A stretch of 64,000 nt of DNA. Origin: Roseibacillus sp. GTDB taxonomy: Bacteria; Verrucomicrobiota; Verrucomicrobiia; Verrucomicrobiales; Akkermansiaceae. Location: NCBI GenBank assembly GCA_051251855.1, contig JBPOGI010000002.1:64001-128000 (forward strand), in the 5' to 3' direction. The position numbers were made by a program, and so were the translations under genes. Every line of letters begins with the position of its first letter. Position 1 is the first letter of the stretch. Positions 50,554-61,178 of this stretch are shown here, one piece after another. The notes under the pieces were generated by a model that did no database searches, was not told the DNA's origin, and worked only from the letters and a program-made list of their open reading frames with translations.

Positions 50554-51549
50554 TTATTTACGCGGTGCGCGTTCGGTGGCCATCTTGTATTTGACGACGG
50601 CTTCGGCAATGGAGAAGGCGAGACGATCTTGGTAGTCGGAGCGCTTGATGTAGGCCCCTTCTGTTCGGTGGGAAAGGAAGCCGCCTTCGAGAAGGATGGC
50701 AGGGTGCTTGACGTTGGTGATGACGGAGTAGCGGGCCCGGCGGACGCCTCGGTCGCGACGGGCGGTGTTTTTGATGACGGTGGAGTGGATGGCGGTGGCA
50801 AGGGCGATGTTGGCGGAGTCGTTATTGTTACCGGGCTTTTCGCGAAAGTCGGAGGCTTTGAGCCCGCGTCCGTAGTGGGCGACGCCTTTGGGGGAGAGGG
50901 TGAAGGTCTCGATACCGTCGGCACGACCGCCGCCACCGGAGTTAAAGTGGAGGGAGATGAAGACGGCGTTGGGGTATTGGTTGGCGAAGTCGACGCGCTG
51001 CTGAAGGGTGAGATATTTGTCGGTGCTGCGAGTGAGGCCGACTTTGAAGCCGCGCTTGCGGAGTTGGGTGGAGAGCTTTTTAGCGAGGCTGAGGGTGTGG
51101 TCCTTTTCGCGTCCGTTGCCGTGAGGGCTGGTGGTGCCGGGGTCGTGTCCGCCGTGACCGGGGTCGATGATGACGGTGTCGATGCGGGCGGGGGTGCGAC
51201 CGATGTTGTGGGGCCTCATCACGGGGTCGAGAAGCTTGACGAGGTCGACGCGGTGCACGAGGTAGCGGCCGCCGGAGCGCTTGATGGGGAAGGAGAAAAC
51301 GAATTTGATCTTATTCATCCAAACGTCTTGTTGTCCGACGAGGAATTCGACGCGGACGTTGCTCTTTTCGAGGATGAGCTTGGAGCCGGAGGTGCGCATG
51401 GTGGAGAAGCCATAGAACTTCTTGATGCTGCGAACGGTGACGTAGTTTTCCTTGCCGACGACAACATTTTCCCAAGCTTCGGTGCTCTGCGCGGGTGAGA
51501 GGGGCGCGAGGAGTAGAAGTAAGAAAAGGGGGAGGAAACGGCGAATCAT
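50554..51549 (-). CDS. N-acetylmuramoyl-L-alanine amidase (Amidase_3), paralog 1
   Basis: IDPGHGG, EKD, SLHFN, LLEGGF; start MIRRFL. Confidence 0.92.
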   Translation of the reverse strand: MIRRFLPLFLLLLLAPLSPAQSTEAWENVVVGKENYVTVRSIKKFYGFSTMRTSGSKLILEKSNVRVEFLVGQQDVWMNKIKFVFSFPIKRSGGRYLVHRVDLVKLLDPVMRPHNIGRTPARIDTVIIDPGHGGHDPGTTSPHGNGREKDHTLSLAKKLSTQLRKRGFKVGLTRSTDKYLTLQQRVDFANQYPNAVFISLHFNSGGGGRADGIETFTLSPKGVAHYGRGLKASDFREKPGNNNDSANIALATAIHSTVIKNTARRDRGVRRARYSVITNVKHPAILLEGGFLSHRTEGAYIKRSDYQDRLAFSIAEAVVKYKMATERAPRK

Positions 51550-51661
51550 GGTGATCAGGTGAGCGGAGCTTATCAATAAGCTGACAGAGTTCAATTTCAG
51601 AATCGGTCAGGAAGGGAGTTTTGGGATTTGTCGGCGGGAGCTGGAAGGGTTAGCAGAGGGG

Positions 51662-52513
51662 ATGGAAATTTCATTGGCTGGAGAGTATAAGGCAACATGG
51701 GGTGAAGGGCCGATTTGGTGGCAGGGTGTTCTCTATTATGTCGATATTGAGGGGCATTGCGTGATTCGGTTCGATCCGAAGTCGGGTGAGGAGACGATTT
51801 TGGCCGTGGGAGAGCGCGTGGGCACGGTGGTTCCGCGCTTGCGGGGTGGGTTGGTGATTGCGGGGGACACGGGTTTTCACCTCCTTGATGAAGATGGGAC
51901 GATGAAGCCGGTGGTGGATCCGGAGATGGAGAAGGGAGATAATCGTTTCAATGATGGCAAGTGTTCGCCAGATGGACGGTTTTTTGCGGGGACGATTTCT
52001 TTGGTCAAGAAAGAGGGGGACGCTTCGTTGTATGAGCTGAAGCCGGGACTGGGAGTGCGGGAGGTCTTTGGAGGGGTGACGAATTCGAATGGAATCGCGT
52101 GGAGCCCGGATGGGACGCGGGTTTACTATATCGATACGCCGAGGAAAGAGATTTGGGGCTTTGACTATGATGCGGAGACGGGGGATTGGAGCAATCGAGC
52201 GGTAGTGGTGAGCACGGCGCATATTGATTCGTCACCAGATGGAATGACGATGGATGCGGAGGGCAAGGTGTGGGTGGCGTTTTGCCATGGAGGTTGCGTG
52301 GCGCGCTTCGATGTCGAGACGGGTGAGGAGTTGCAACGCGTGGGGTTGCCATGTGTGGAGACGACGGCTTGCGCGTGGGGCGGGGAGAATTTGGATGAGC
52401 TGTATGTGACGACGGGGGTCCACAAGAGCATTGTTGAGGAAGATGCGGGGAGGCTGTTTGTGGTGAAGGGTTTGGGAGTGAAGGGGCTTCCTGCGAATGG
52501 GTTTGGGGGGTGA
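51662..52513 (+). CDS. SMP-30/gluconolactonase/LRE family protein
   Basis: GEGPIW, RFNDGK, NGIAWSPD, PDGMT.DAEG. Confidence 0.93.
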   Translation: MEISLAGEYKATWGEGPIWWQGVLYYVDIEGHCVIRFDPKSGEETILAVGERVGTVVPRLRGGLVIAGDTGFHLLDEDGTMKPVVDPEMEKGDNRFNDGKCSPDGRFFAGTISLVKKEGDASLYELKPGLGVREVFGGVTNSNGIAWSPDGTRVYYIDTPRKEIWGFDYDAETGDWSNRAVVVSTAHIDSSPDGMTMDAEGKVWVAFCHGGCVARFDVETGEELQRVGLPCVETTACAWGGENLDELYVTTGVHKSIVEEDAGRLFVVKGLGVKGLPANGFGG

Positions 52514-52545
52514 TTCGAGGGCTCTGGGGTCGAGGGAGGATCTGC

Positions 52546-52782
52546 GAGGCCTTGAAAAACTGAATGTTCAAAAACTGAAAAATCAAAGAAGAAACCTCGA
52601 TTTCAGAGTTTCAGCCTTGTTTCTCAGTCTTCGCTGACTCTGCGGCTTCACTTTTTTACAATTCGACGTTTCTTAGCTGAAGACGACGCGACTATTTTTT
52701 GCGGCCAACCAAGCAACCCCTCTTACTTCGAATGCTCAATTTTGGTTTTTGAGTTCTTGGATATTCAGTTTTTCAAGGTCTC
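52546..52782. repeat. ~237-bp element with ~40-bp imperfect terminal inverted repeats
   Basis: CCTTGAAAAACTGAATGTTCAAAAACTGAAAAATCAAA versus TTTGGTTTTTGAGTTCTTGGATATTCAGTTTTTCAAGG. Confidence 0.72.
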
Positions 52783-52832
52783 AGCGACTCACCCTTTGCT
52801 CGATGGCGTGGATTGTTGATGAGGGCTTTGGG

Positions 52833-54305
52833 TTAGGCTTTGCCGGGGAGGGTGTTGGCGGTGTAATAGAAGAGGCGATTCTGGATGGTTTCGCCGCTTT
52901 TGCTTTTAAGGGCGGGGAGGTTGAGTTGGTAGACTTTTCCAGGAACGAAATCTTGGAGCTGAAGGGAAATCGTCTGTGGGTCGAGTTGTTTGTGCTGGGT
53001 GACGGGGTGGATGAGTTTGTTTTCCTGAGGGGAGCCATAGGTCCACTTGGATTGGTAGGTGAAGGATTGGAACTGGAAGGTGGATGAATTGAGTGTTTCG
53101 GGTAGTTCTTGGGTAAAAGTGAGTTTGAAGCCATTGGGAGTGATTTCGAATTTTTCGATGTCGAAGGGTTGTTCGCTTTTCTTGGCGGTGAGGCGTTGGA
53201 TGCCTTCGGCGGGGGCTCCCCAACCGCGCACGGTTTGGCCAATATAGAGCTGCTGGCCGTCGGGTGAGAAGCGGACACGGTGGTTGCCGGAGCGGAGTCC
53301 ACCGCCATCGAGAAAGTGGGTGCAGGCACCTTGCCATTGTCCATTGACCTTCTCTAACATGATGCGGGTGATGCGGGTGCTGTTGTTGTCTGGCAGAAGC
53401 ATTTGTCCTGGGAAGTGGGGGAAGGTGTCGGGTATGATGAAAGGCTCGCCGGCTGAGCGGTTCATTTCTTTGTGAGGGATTTGGACGGCGGGGAGGGTGC
53501 GGTGTTGGTTGTAGGCTTCGAGGTCGTCGCGAAAAGTGGCGAGGGGGTCTTTGTCGGCAGGCCAGCTAGGGTCCCAGACGAGGCTGTTGGGGTGACCGTA
53601 AAATTTGTTTTTCTCGAGAAAATAGAGAGGGGTGGTAGCGCGCCAGTCGCCCTGGTTATCTCCGCACCAGAGGTTGCCTTCGGGGTCGCGGTGGATGCCA
53701 TTGTGCATGCGGAAGCCATAACAGAAGGGGGTGAGGTTTCCTTGGGCGTCGCAGTGGAGGGTGGTGCCTTTCCATTTCACGGCGGCGAAGTTGCGACCAC
53801 GGCGTCCGAATTCGGAGTATTCGCCGAGAGTGTGTTCGGCGGTGGGGCCGTTGTGGGACGCGGTGCCGATGGCGAGGTAGTAGCCGCCGTTGCCGTCGTC
53901 GGTGATGGCGTTGGTTTCATGGTAGTTGCCGGAGAGTCCCCAGCCGGAGGCGAAGGCGCGATATTGGTCGGCGGTTCCGTCTTGATTGGTGTCGGTAGCC
54001 TCGGTGAATTCAGCCATTTGGGTGACGCGTATTTTGTCACGAGAAAGGGCGTCGATGCCGCAGCCGTTGTGGAAGCCAGTGGCAAAGTGCTGCCAATCCC
54101 ACTTTGTGGAGTCGGGTTGTGGGGTGGCGCGGAAGACGTCGCCACGGCGAAGAACGACGAAGAAGGTGCCGTCGGGAGCGAAGTCGATGGCTCCCACTTC
54201 GGGAGGGCAGGACTCGGGGAGAGCGATGTTTTCGACGCGGTAGGGGGAGGCGAGGAGAGCTTGGATTTGGAAGGTGAAGAGAGCTAAGGCCGCAAAAGTT
54301 TTCAT
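52833..54305 (-). CDS. Secreted PVC beta-propeller (sorbosone-dehydrogenase-like) protein
   Basis: PEVGAIDF.PDG, WGLSGNYHE, DNQGDW. Confidence 0.7.
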   Translation of the reverse strand: MKTFAALALFTFQIQALLASPYRVENIALPESCPPEVGAIDFAPDGTFFVVLRRGDVFRATPQPDSTKWDWQHFATGFHNGCGIDALSRDKIRVTQMAEFTEATDTNQDGTADQYRAFASGWGLSGNYHETNAITDDGNGGYYLAIGTASHNGPTAEHTLGEYSEFGRRGRNFAAVKWKGTTLHCDAQGNLTPFCYGFRMHNGIHRDPEGNLWCGDNQGDWRATTPLYFLEKNKFYGHPNSLVWDPSWPADKDPLATFRDDLEAYNQHRTLPAVQIPHKEMNRSAGEPFIIPDTFPHFPGQMLLPDNNSTRITRIMLEKVNGQWQGACTHFLDGGGLRSGNHRVRFSPDGQQLYIGQTVRGWGAPAEGIQRLTAKKSEQPFDIEKFEITPNGFKLTFTQELPETLNSSTFQFQSFTYQSKWTYGSPQENKLIHPVTQHKQLDPQTISLQLQDFVPGKVYQLNLPALKSKSGETIQNRLFYYTANTLPGKA

Positions 54306-54314
54306 GATGTTGTT

Positions 54315-55280
54315 CTACTCGGCAGAGGGGTTGGGGAGGGACTTGATGTAAAGGATGAGGGACTGGAGTTCTTTGTCCTTGAGTTGGTAGGGAGGCATGT
54401 AATTGGGGGGGAAGCCTTTGGCTGTTTTGGCGTTGGGGCTGAGGATGGATTCTTTAAGATAGGATTCGTCGGCGAGGATGGGTTCGCCATTTTCAATTTC
54501 GCGGGTTTGGCCAAAGAGTCCAGCGAGAGAGGGACCGTGGCCAAGGCTACCGTCGACGGAATGGCAAGCGATGCATCCATAGGCGAGGAAGACTTTTTCA
54601 CCGGATTCGGCGTCGGCGGTTTCAATCTTGATGGTGCGGTCGAAGCCGGAATGGCGGGAGATGATTTTGCCGGTCACGACTTGGACGTCTTTGCTGCCAT
54701 CAGTGGTGATGGTGTTGTGAAAGCTCAGGGGTTCTTCGGAAGGGGAGAGGGTTTGGGAGAGTTTTTTTTCTCCAAGTTGATAGTGAAAGGTGGGAGAGCC
54801 AGAGGGGGAGAGGTCGTAGCCGATGAATTTTGGTGCTTCACGTTCTTCGGGTTGAGCGAGGTAGAAGAGGTTTCCAACGAGGCGAGGGACATAATCGAAA
54901 GAGCGGCGGCCGCCTTTCTCAATGTCGCCCCAGTAAGGATACATGTCGAGAAAGCCACCTTGCCAAGCGTAGAGGACGCGGCACTCGGTGGTGTCGAAGA
55001 CGTAGGAGAGCGCGGGGCCATGGTTGACTGCGATGGCGGCGGGGATGGTTTTGAGCATCTCATACTCGCCTTTGACATCGCGTCCTTTGCCAGGGTTGTA
55101 TTTGGGGGATTTGGAGGCTTCGTAATGGTGGCTGAGGACGGCGGGGTCGAGGCCGGGGTCGGGAAGGTATGTGCGAAGGATGAGGGGGCTATCGATAGAG
55201 CCCAGGGGAGTGGAGTCGTAGGTGAGGGGCTCGGCGGCGAGAGTACCGGCTAGAATGAAAGAAAGGAGGAGTCGCATCAC
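54315..55280 (-). CDS. c-type cytochrome domain protein
   Basis: CIACHSVDG, YLKESIL.P, distal Met in NYMP. Confidence 0.85.
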   Translation of the reverse strand: MMRLLLSFILAGTLAAEPLTYDSTPLGSIDSPLILRTYLPDPGLDPAVLSHHYEASKSPKYNPGKGRDVKGEYEMLKTIPAAIAVNHGPALSYVFDTTECRVLYAWQGGFLDMYPYWGDIEKGGRRSFDYVPRLVGNLFYLAQPEEREAPKFIGYDLSPSGSPTFHYQLGEKKLSQTLSPSEEPLSFHNTITTDGSKDVQVVTGKIISRHSGFDRTIKIETADAESGEKVFLAYGCIACHSVDGSLGHGPSLAGLFGQTREIENGEPILADESYLKESILSPNAKTAKGFPPNYMPPYQLKDKELQSLILYIKSLPNPSAE

Positions 55281-55390
55281 GTGTGAAGGTTACTTGGTTG
55301 AGAAGGGTGGTCCTGCATTTTTTTTGTCGCTAAACGAGGTGAAGGAGTTTTTTCGCTTTGGTCCTTCCGGTTTGGCCTTAGGTTGCGGCC

Positions 55391-56266
55391 TTGAACTGGA
55401 TATTGAGTGGGGCGGTGCTTTTGCCGTTGTTGGGCGCGCTCTTGCACCCTCCTTTGGGTTGGCTGATCCAGAAAGGGGAAGGGGAAGGCGTGCCGATGTC
55501 GGTCACGGTGGCGGTGGCCAATTTGGCGACGGTGCTCCTTTTTGCGCTTTATCTTAGGCCTGATTGGAGTTTGCCGTGGGGCGCAATGGATGCGTTTGCG
55601 CTTCTCAATGGGGTCTTCTTTTTTGGGGGCTTTTGGTTTTCGGTGCAAGCGGTCAAGGCTGGGGACTTGGTGGTCCATACTTCGGCCCTTGGGGTTAAGC
55701 TTCTCATTGTGGCGGTGCTGTCGATCGCGATTGGCTTGGAGCAAGGGAGTCTTGCTTTGGTGGGGGCCGTGGTGCTGGCGGCGGTGGCAATTTTCCTGCT
55801 CGCGGGGGGAAACCTCAAGGGATGGCAGAAGCACCGTGCGACGCTGGGTTGGACTTTGGTGGGAACCACTCTGTTTGGGCTGAGCGATATTTTTTCGGCT
55901 TGGAAGGCATCGGAAATCGGAGCCCCAAGGTGGCTAATGTTGATGATTTCGGGGAGCGGCCTTTGCTCGGTGTTGGCTTTGATTCCGAAGGCCAAGTTGG
56001 TGCGGCGAGCGGTTGAGCGACCAAAGGTGCGCTGGATTCTCTGCGGCTTGGGTCTCCTGATGGGGGTGCAGGCGATTCTGGTGAATACGGCCTTTACGGT
56101 CTATCGGGAGCCGATGGTGACGAATGTTGTCTTTGCGAGCAGAGGGTTGATGACGATTCCCTTCCTGATGCTAGTGCATCGGAGTTGGCGGGGAGTCGTT
56201 GATTTCAAGACACTCGGCGGAGCTGTCTTGATGCTGGTGGCGATTGGGATGGCCGTCTGGGAATAG
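55391..56266 (+). CDS. DMT/EamA-like membrane transporter
   Basis: 291 aa with about 10 hydrophobic segments. Confidence 0.65.
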   Translation: MNWILSGAVLLPLLGALLHPPLGWLIQKGEGEGVPMSVTVAVANLATVLLFALYLRPDWSLPWGAMDAFALLNGVFFFGGFWFSVQAVKAGDLVVHTSALGVKLLIVAVLSIAIGLEQGSLALVGAVVLAAVAIFLLAGGNLKGWQKHRATLGWTLVGTTLFGLSDIFSAWKASEIGAPRWLMLMISGSGLCSVLALIPKAKLVRRAVERPKVRWILCGLGLLMGVQAILVNTAFTVYREPMVTNVVFASRGLMTIPFLMLVHRSWRGVVDFKTLGGAVLMLVAIGMAVWE

Positions 56267-56282
56267 AGGCTGTCGCTGTGCT

Positions 56283-56975
56283 CTATTCGATTCCAATGCT
56301 CTGGTCGATTGGCTGCACGTTTCCGGTGGGTGCTGGGATGGCGCCGCCCGAATCAGGGGTGAGCATGGGAGTGGGCCGATCGACGGGAGTGGTAGGGATA
56401 AGAATCTCGGTGGGCTTTCTCTCGGGTGAGGCCGGGGTAATAGCGCTGGGCGCCGTAGTAGTGGTGTTTGATGGAGGAGGGATGAGAGATGAGCCACTCG
56501 ATTCGAGAGGGACTTCAGGGATGCTTGCGGGGGCGAAGTCGTCGGTGCTGCGCTGCAGAGGAGCGCTGGGTGGGGGTGGCAGGAAGGGGGTCGAATCCAT
56601 AGCGCTCGACTGCTCAGCGACCATGATGGTTGGGACGTAGCCGACGGTTCCGCCTTCAAGCTCGACTTTTAGGTAAGAGCCCTTTGTGGAGATGACTTTA
56701 AGGGGAGATCCTTTGCTGAGCACTTGGTCGGCAGAAGCGCTGCCACGTGGGATTTTGTAGAAAAAGGTGGAGTTAGGCATGGCTGTTTCCACCCATTCTC
56801 CGGGATTGTAGGTCGGCCCAGTGGGCTGAAACCCTTGGCTCCGCGAGGTCGAGACGCTTGGTCCATCAAGTGGATTGTAGTCACTCGTGATAGGCTCTTG
56901 GAGTGTGGAAGCAATCTGCGCGCAACTTGCGAGAGAGAAGGTTGCGGCGAGGGGAAGCAATCTGCTGCTTTTCAT
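56283..56975 (-). CDS. Lipoprotein with SH3-like domain and Pro-rich tail
   Basis: LASC lipobox; L.KG..LKVI..KGSYLKVEL..GTVGYV. Confidence 0.7.
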   Translation of the reverse strand: MKSSRLLPLAATFSLASCAQIASTLQEPITSDYNPLDGPSVSTSRSQGFQPTGPTYNPGEWVETAMPNSTFFYKIPRGSASADQVLSKGSPLKVISTKGSYLKVELEGGTVGYVPTIMVAEQSSAMDSTPFLPPPPSAPLQRSTDDFAPASIPEVPLESSGSSLIPPPSNTTTTAPSAITPASPERKPTEILIPTTPVDRPTPMLTPDSGGAIPAPTGNVQPIDQSIGIE

Positions 56976-57062
56976 GCCGCAAAGATGACTAGCGCAGTCG
57001 ATGTGGTCAATGTGATTTACTGGGGAGGAGGAACTCTTTTTTGTTCTCTGCTCGATTTGGTA

Positions 57063-57926
57063 TCAAGTCAACTCATCGACCCGTTCCCGCAAAGCAACTT
57101 GCCAGTCCTTCATGGGAAACCCCAGCGCTAGGAGGCGAGTGGGGGACATGGCGGTATGAATAGGGCGATTGGCTCGCAGGGCAGGAATGTCGTTCAGGCT
57201 GCGAGCGGTGACGGAGAGAGGCGCGGGAGTGAGGCCGGATTGGTGGGCTGCGTCTGCGACGGCGACGGCATAGCTATGCCAACTGACGGGTTCGTCGGCG
57301 GTATGGGTGATGTGGAAAAGCCCAGTCTCGGAGCGGGCGAGGAGGAAGTCGAGGGCGCGAGCCATTTCCCTTGCGGAGGTCGGCATGGAGTATTTGTCGG
57401 CCACTCCTTCGAGGGCGGTTCCTTCTTTGATTTGGCGAAGGACTTTCTCGAGAAAACTCTCTCCGTTGGAGCCAAAGACCCAAGAAACACGTGCGACCAG
57501 AGCGGCCGGGTGCCGATCGAGAACGGTTTGTTCACCCGAGAGCTTGGTCTTTCCATAAATATTGTTGGGATAGCAGTCGGCGGTCTCGTCCTTGAAGCCT
57601 GAGACCTGACCATCGAGGACGTAGTCGGTTGAGAAATGAATCAAGGGGCGTTCTTTATGAGCGCAGACTTCTGCCATTGTCGCGGGGGCATGGACGTTGA
57701 CTTGGTTCGCGAGGTCTGGGTTGTTCTCACAGCCTTCGGGGGTTGAAATGGCGGCGGGATTGACGAGAAGGTCGAAGTCGGTTTTCTGAAGAAAACTTTC
57801 TAATGCATTGGTGTCCGTCAGATCGACGACCTTTCGGGTGAGGGAGATGACCTCGTGGTTGTCTTGCCAATAGCGGGCGAGAAAGCCTCCCACCTTGCCT
57901 GTAGTTCCGGTCAAGAGAATGCGCAT
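57063..57926 (-). CDS. rfbD: dTDP-4-dehydrorhamnose reductase family
   Basis: GTTGKVG, STDYV.DG, YGKTK..GE. Confidence 0.85.
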   Translation of the reverse strand: MRILLTGTTGKVGGFLARYWQDNHEVISLTRKVVDLTDTNALESFLQKTDFDLLVNPAAISTPEGCENNPDLANQVNVHAPATMAEVCAHKERPLIHFSTDYVLDGQVSGFKDETADCYPNNIYGKTKLSGEQTVLDRHPAALVARVSWVFGSNGESFLEKVLRQIKEGTALEGVADKYSMPTSAREMARALDFLLARSETGLFHITHTADEPVSWHSYAVAVADAAHQSGLTPAPLSVTARSLNDIPALRANRPIHTAMSPTRLLALGFPMKDWQVALRERVDELT

Positions 57927-58001
57927 GGCTGAAGTCTAGCGCCCTATTGAAAAACTCAACCAAAACTCGTCTTTGGCTGCAATTCTGCTAGAGCTAGGGG
58001 T

Positions 58002-59318
58002 ATGTTACCTCAAGAAATTATTCGTAAAAAGAGAGATGGAGAAGTCCTCGCCAAGGAGGAGATTTTGCTCTTTGCGAGTGGAATCGGTGATGGAACGATT
58101 TCGGAAGGACAGATTGCGGCCTTTGCGATGGCGGTGTTTTTCAAAGGGATGACCCTCGATGAGCGAGTGGCGCTGACGGAGGGGATGCGGGATTCCGGAT
58201 CTGTGCTGCGATGGGAGGGGATGGATGGTCCGGTGATCGACAAGCATTCGACAGGCGGAGTGGGGGACAATGTGTCGTTGATGTTGGGGCCGCTGGTGGC
58301 TGCTTGTGGAGGGTTCGTGCCGATGATTTCAGGCAGAGGATTGGGGCATACGGGGGGGACGCTGGATAAGCTGGATAGCATCCCGGGTTACAACACTTCG
58401 CCTGACGAAGCGGTATTGCGCAAGGTGGTCGCGGACTGTGGAGTGGCGATCATCGGGCAGACTGGGGAGTTGGCTCCGGCAGACAAGAGGTTCTATGCCA
58501 CTCGCGATGTCACCGCGACTGTGGAGTCCATTGACCTGATCACAGCTTCGATTCTATCGAAAAAGTTGGCGGCTGGCTTAGAGGCTTTGGTGATGGACGT
58601 TAAGACGGGAAATGGGGCCTTCATGGCGACCTACGAAGAGTCCCGTCAGTTAGCGGAAAGCATTGTGGGGGTGGCGAATGGCGCTGGGGTTAAGACGAGT
58701 GCGCTCATCACCGACATGAATGAACCCCTTTGCAGCGCAGCAGGGAACGCGGTGGAGGTAAGGGATGCGATTTCGTATCTTACCGGAGCAAATCAAAGGC
58801 CGCGATTGCACGAGGTTGTGATGGATTTGTCCGCGGAGTTGTTAGTGCTCGGTGGTCTCCATGAGGATAACAAAGCGGCTCGGGAAGCTCTGGAAGAAGC
58901 GCTTTCTTCGGGGCGGGCAGCTGAGGTTTTTGCCAAGATGGTGAGCGGACTCGGGGGACCTTCTGATTTGCTGGACAAAGTGGATGAGTATTTGCCCAAA
59001 GCTCCCGTCGTTTGCGAAGTGCCGGCCCCCAAGGCTGGTTTTGTGGGAGCGATGGATACGCGTGGGCTCGGCTTGGTCGTTGTGGAATTGGGAGGAGGGC
59101 GTCGGCGTGCGGAAGACAGTATCGACTATGCGGTTGGTTTGAGCGATTTTGTGGAGCAGGGGCAGCAAGTGGAAGTAGGACAAGCTCTTTGCCGTGTTCA
59201 TGCGCAGGACGAAGCCATAGCAAACCAAGTGGTGTCGCAAGTGCAGCAAGCGATGAAGATTGGTGAGGCCGCTGTTGAATCACGATCTGTGGTAAACGAA
59301 GTGGTTCGAGAGGGATAG
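58002..59318 (+). CDS. deoA: Thymidine phosphorylase
   Basis: [39 protein letters not shown]. Confidence 0.93.
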   Translation: MLPQEIIRKKRDGEVLAKEEILLFASGIGDGTISEGQIAAFAMAVFFKGMTLDERVALTEGMRDSGSVLRWEGMDGPVIDKHSTGGVGDNVSLMLGPLVAACGGFVPMISGRGLGHTGGTLDKLDSIPGYNTSPDEAVLRKVVADCGVAIIGQTGELAPADKRFYATRDVTATVESIDLITASILSKKLAAGLEALVMDVKTGNGAFMATYEESRQLAESIVGVANGAGVKTSALITDMNEPLCSAAGNAVEVRDAISYLTGANQRPRLHEVVMDLSAELLVLGGLHEDNKAAREALEEALSSGRAAEVFAKMVSGLGGPSDLLDKVDEYLPKAPVVCEVPAPKAGFVGAMDTRGLGLVVVELGGGRRRAEDSIDYAVGLSDFVEQGQQVEVGQALCRVHAQDEAIANQVVSQVQQAMKIGEAAVESRSVVNEVVREG

Positions 59319-59366
59319 GCGAGTTCTTTTTGTTGCCGTTGAATTTCTTTCGAGCCATCATACTGA

Positions 59367-59915
59367 ATGAATTCGTCGGCGGGAAGTCCACTGCCAGCTA
59401 CCGATCCTCTCTATCCTCGCGCCAGCGGTGAAAAGCGGTTGCTTAACTTCGTCATTGATTCCATCACCTGCTTTGCGATTACGGTAGGGCTGGAGCTGGT
59501 CACAAACATATACGCTGGCTCCTTCAGCACCGGTCGATTCTGGAGCGTCTTCGAAACTTGGAGTCCTTTTGCGCTCGTACTGGTTGCGACGGCCTACTAC
59601 CTCTTCATGGAATTGTTTACACAGAGGACTTTGGGCAAGATTCTCACGAATACTCTTGTTGAAACTATCGCGGGAGAGAAGCCAACCCTAGGCCAATTCG
59701 TCACGAGAACCTTTGCTCGCTTTCTTCCTTTCGAGCTCTTCACCTTTCTCGGTCCATCGGGCGAAGGCCTTCATGACTCTCTCTCAGAGACACGCGTTAT
59801 TGATACCTCGAAGCCTCCGGTTTTCTTCAAGAAGAACAATCCGAACGAACAAAGAATCCGACCCTCTGAGGGAAAGCCTATTCCGATTGACCGGAGCGAG
59901 ATGGCGTCGTGGTAG
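59367..59915 (+). CDS. RDD family protein
   Basis: KRLLNFVID, RTLGK, LHDSLSETRV. Confidence 0.88.
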   Translation: MNSSAGSPLPATDPLYPRASGEKRLLNFVIDSITCFAITVGLELVTNIYAGSFSTGRFWSVFETWSPFALVLVATAYYLFMELFTQRTLGKILTNTLVETIAGEKPTLGQFVTRTFARFLPFELFTFLGPSGEGLHDSLSETRVIDTSKPPVFFKKNNPNEQRIRPSEGKPIPIDRSEMASW

Positions 59916-60201
59916 GCTCTAATCGATTGGGGACGACAGAAGTCGAGCCTCCTATCTGGAAAGAACGTTTTTTCCATTTTATACCATTTGAGCAGTTAAA
60001 TTGGTGCAATGGTCGGAGTCAGGTTTTCCAAGACCAAGGCGCGCCGAGGGAGGAGTGCGAGCACTCTGACCGAGAAGCAACGCGGGTATTGGGAAACTTG
60101 GCCCGACTTTCTGAGTGCTCGCGCAGCGCTTTTCTTAGGACCAAAAATAAAACCATTACATCGATTTAACTGTGAGAATGGTATTAGCGGAGCGCAGTTG
60201 A

Positions 60202-60603
60202 CTAGGCTTCTCTATCGCCTTCCATTGCCTTGAGCATAATTTCCAGAGCGCCGCCGCTCATGACGATTTCTTTAGTCAAGCAGGCGAGGGAGCCGGCCAT
60301 GAGGGCCAGACCGATAGTGAACGAGGTGATCGCGATGGTCTGAAGTTCTGCCACGACTGTGAGCATGGCAATGACGCAGAGCAGCAGGCTGATGGCCCCG
60401 AGGAGTTGCATCCAGCGAATAAGGATGAGCCGGCGACGGAGGTTTTCGATTTGCGCAAGGAGAAGCTCGTCTTTGTTTTCTTTCCAGCTGGAGTGAAGGC
60501 TGCGCACGAGGGCCGAGAGGTGAAGAAAGCGATTGGTGAAGGAGAGAAACAGCAGGCTGATGGCGGGAAACAGGAGGGCAGGGGTGGAGACTTCGAGGGT
60601 CAT
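60202..60603 (-). CDS. DUF2721 membrane protein
   Basis: TPALLFPAISLL.L.FTNRF. Confidence 0.85.
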   Translation of the reverse strand: MTLEVSTPALLFPAISLLFLSFTNRFLHLSALVRSLHSSWKENKDELLLAQIENLRRRLILIRWMQLLGAISLLLCVIAMLTVVAELQTIAITSFTIGLALMAGSLACLTKEIVMSGGALEIMLKAMEGDREA

Positions 60604-60677
60604 AGGCAGAGGGAGAATAGCTGGGGTGACGCTAAATTTCGATTGCTGATTTTGAGAGAGCTGGCATTTTTCTGCCG

Positions 60678-61115
60678 ATGAAAATAATCACGATATTCAC
60701 TGTTGGCATTCTTACTTTCACTTTGAGCGCATGCCTCAAGGAGAGTTCTTCTGTTCAGTCGGCTGAGAAGGTTGAGGCTGAAAAGGAGTCGGTGACCGTT
60801 GTCACAGCTGAGGAGGCGAAGAAGCTGCTCGCGACAGAAGAGGCTCCTCAGGTGATTGATGTTCGGACGGCGGAGGAGTTTAAAGAGGGCCATATTGAAG
60901 GTGCGAAGCAGATCGACTTCAAGGGAGAGAATTTTCGAGAGGAGCTTGCGAAGCTGGACCCTAAGAAGAGCTACCTCTTTCATTGCCGAAGCGGTAGCCG
61001 GAGCACGAAGACTTTACCCGTTTGGAAGGAGCTTGGGTTTGAGAAGCTTTATCACTTGGATACCGGTATTCAGGGGTGGGAAAAGGCGAAGGGAGAGACG
61101 GTTCAAGGGGAGTGA
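60678..61115 (+). CDS. Rhodanese-like lipoprotein
   Basis: IDVRT.EEF..GHIEGA, HCRSGSRS. Confidence 0.9.
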   Translation: MKIITIFTVGILTFTLSACLKESSSVQSAEKVEAEKESVTVVTAEEAKKLLATEEAPQVIDVRTAEEFKEGHIEGAKQIDFKGENFREELAKLDPKKSYLFHCRSGSRSTKTLPVWKELGFEKLYHLDTGIQGWEKAKGETVQGE

Positions 61116-61178
61116 CTCAGCGGGGTCCTCGAAACTTCGGTTCTTGTGATTTGAGTCTAGCTGCGCTTTGAAGAGAGG

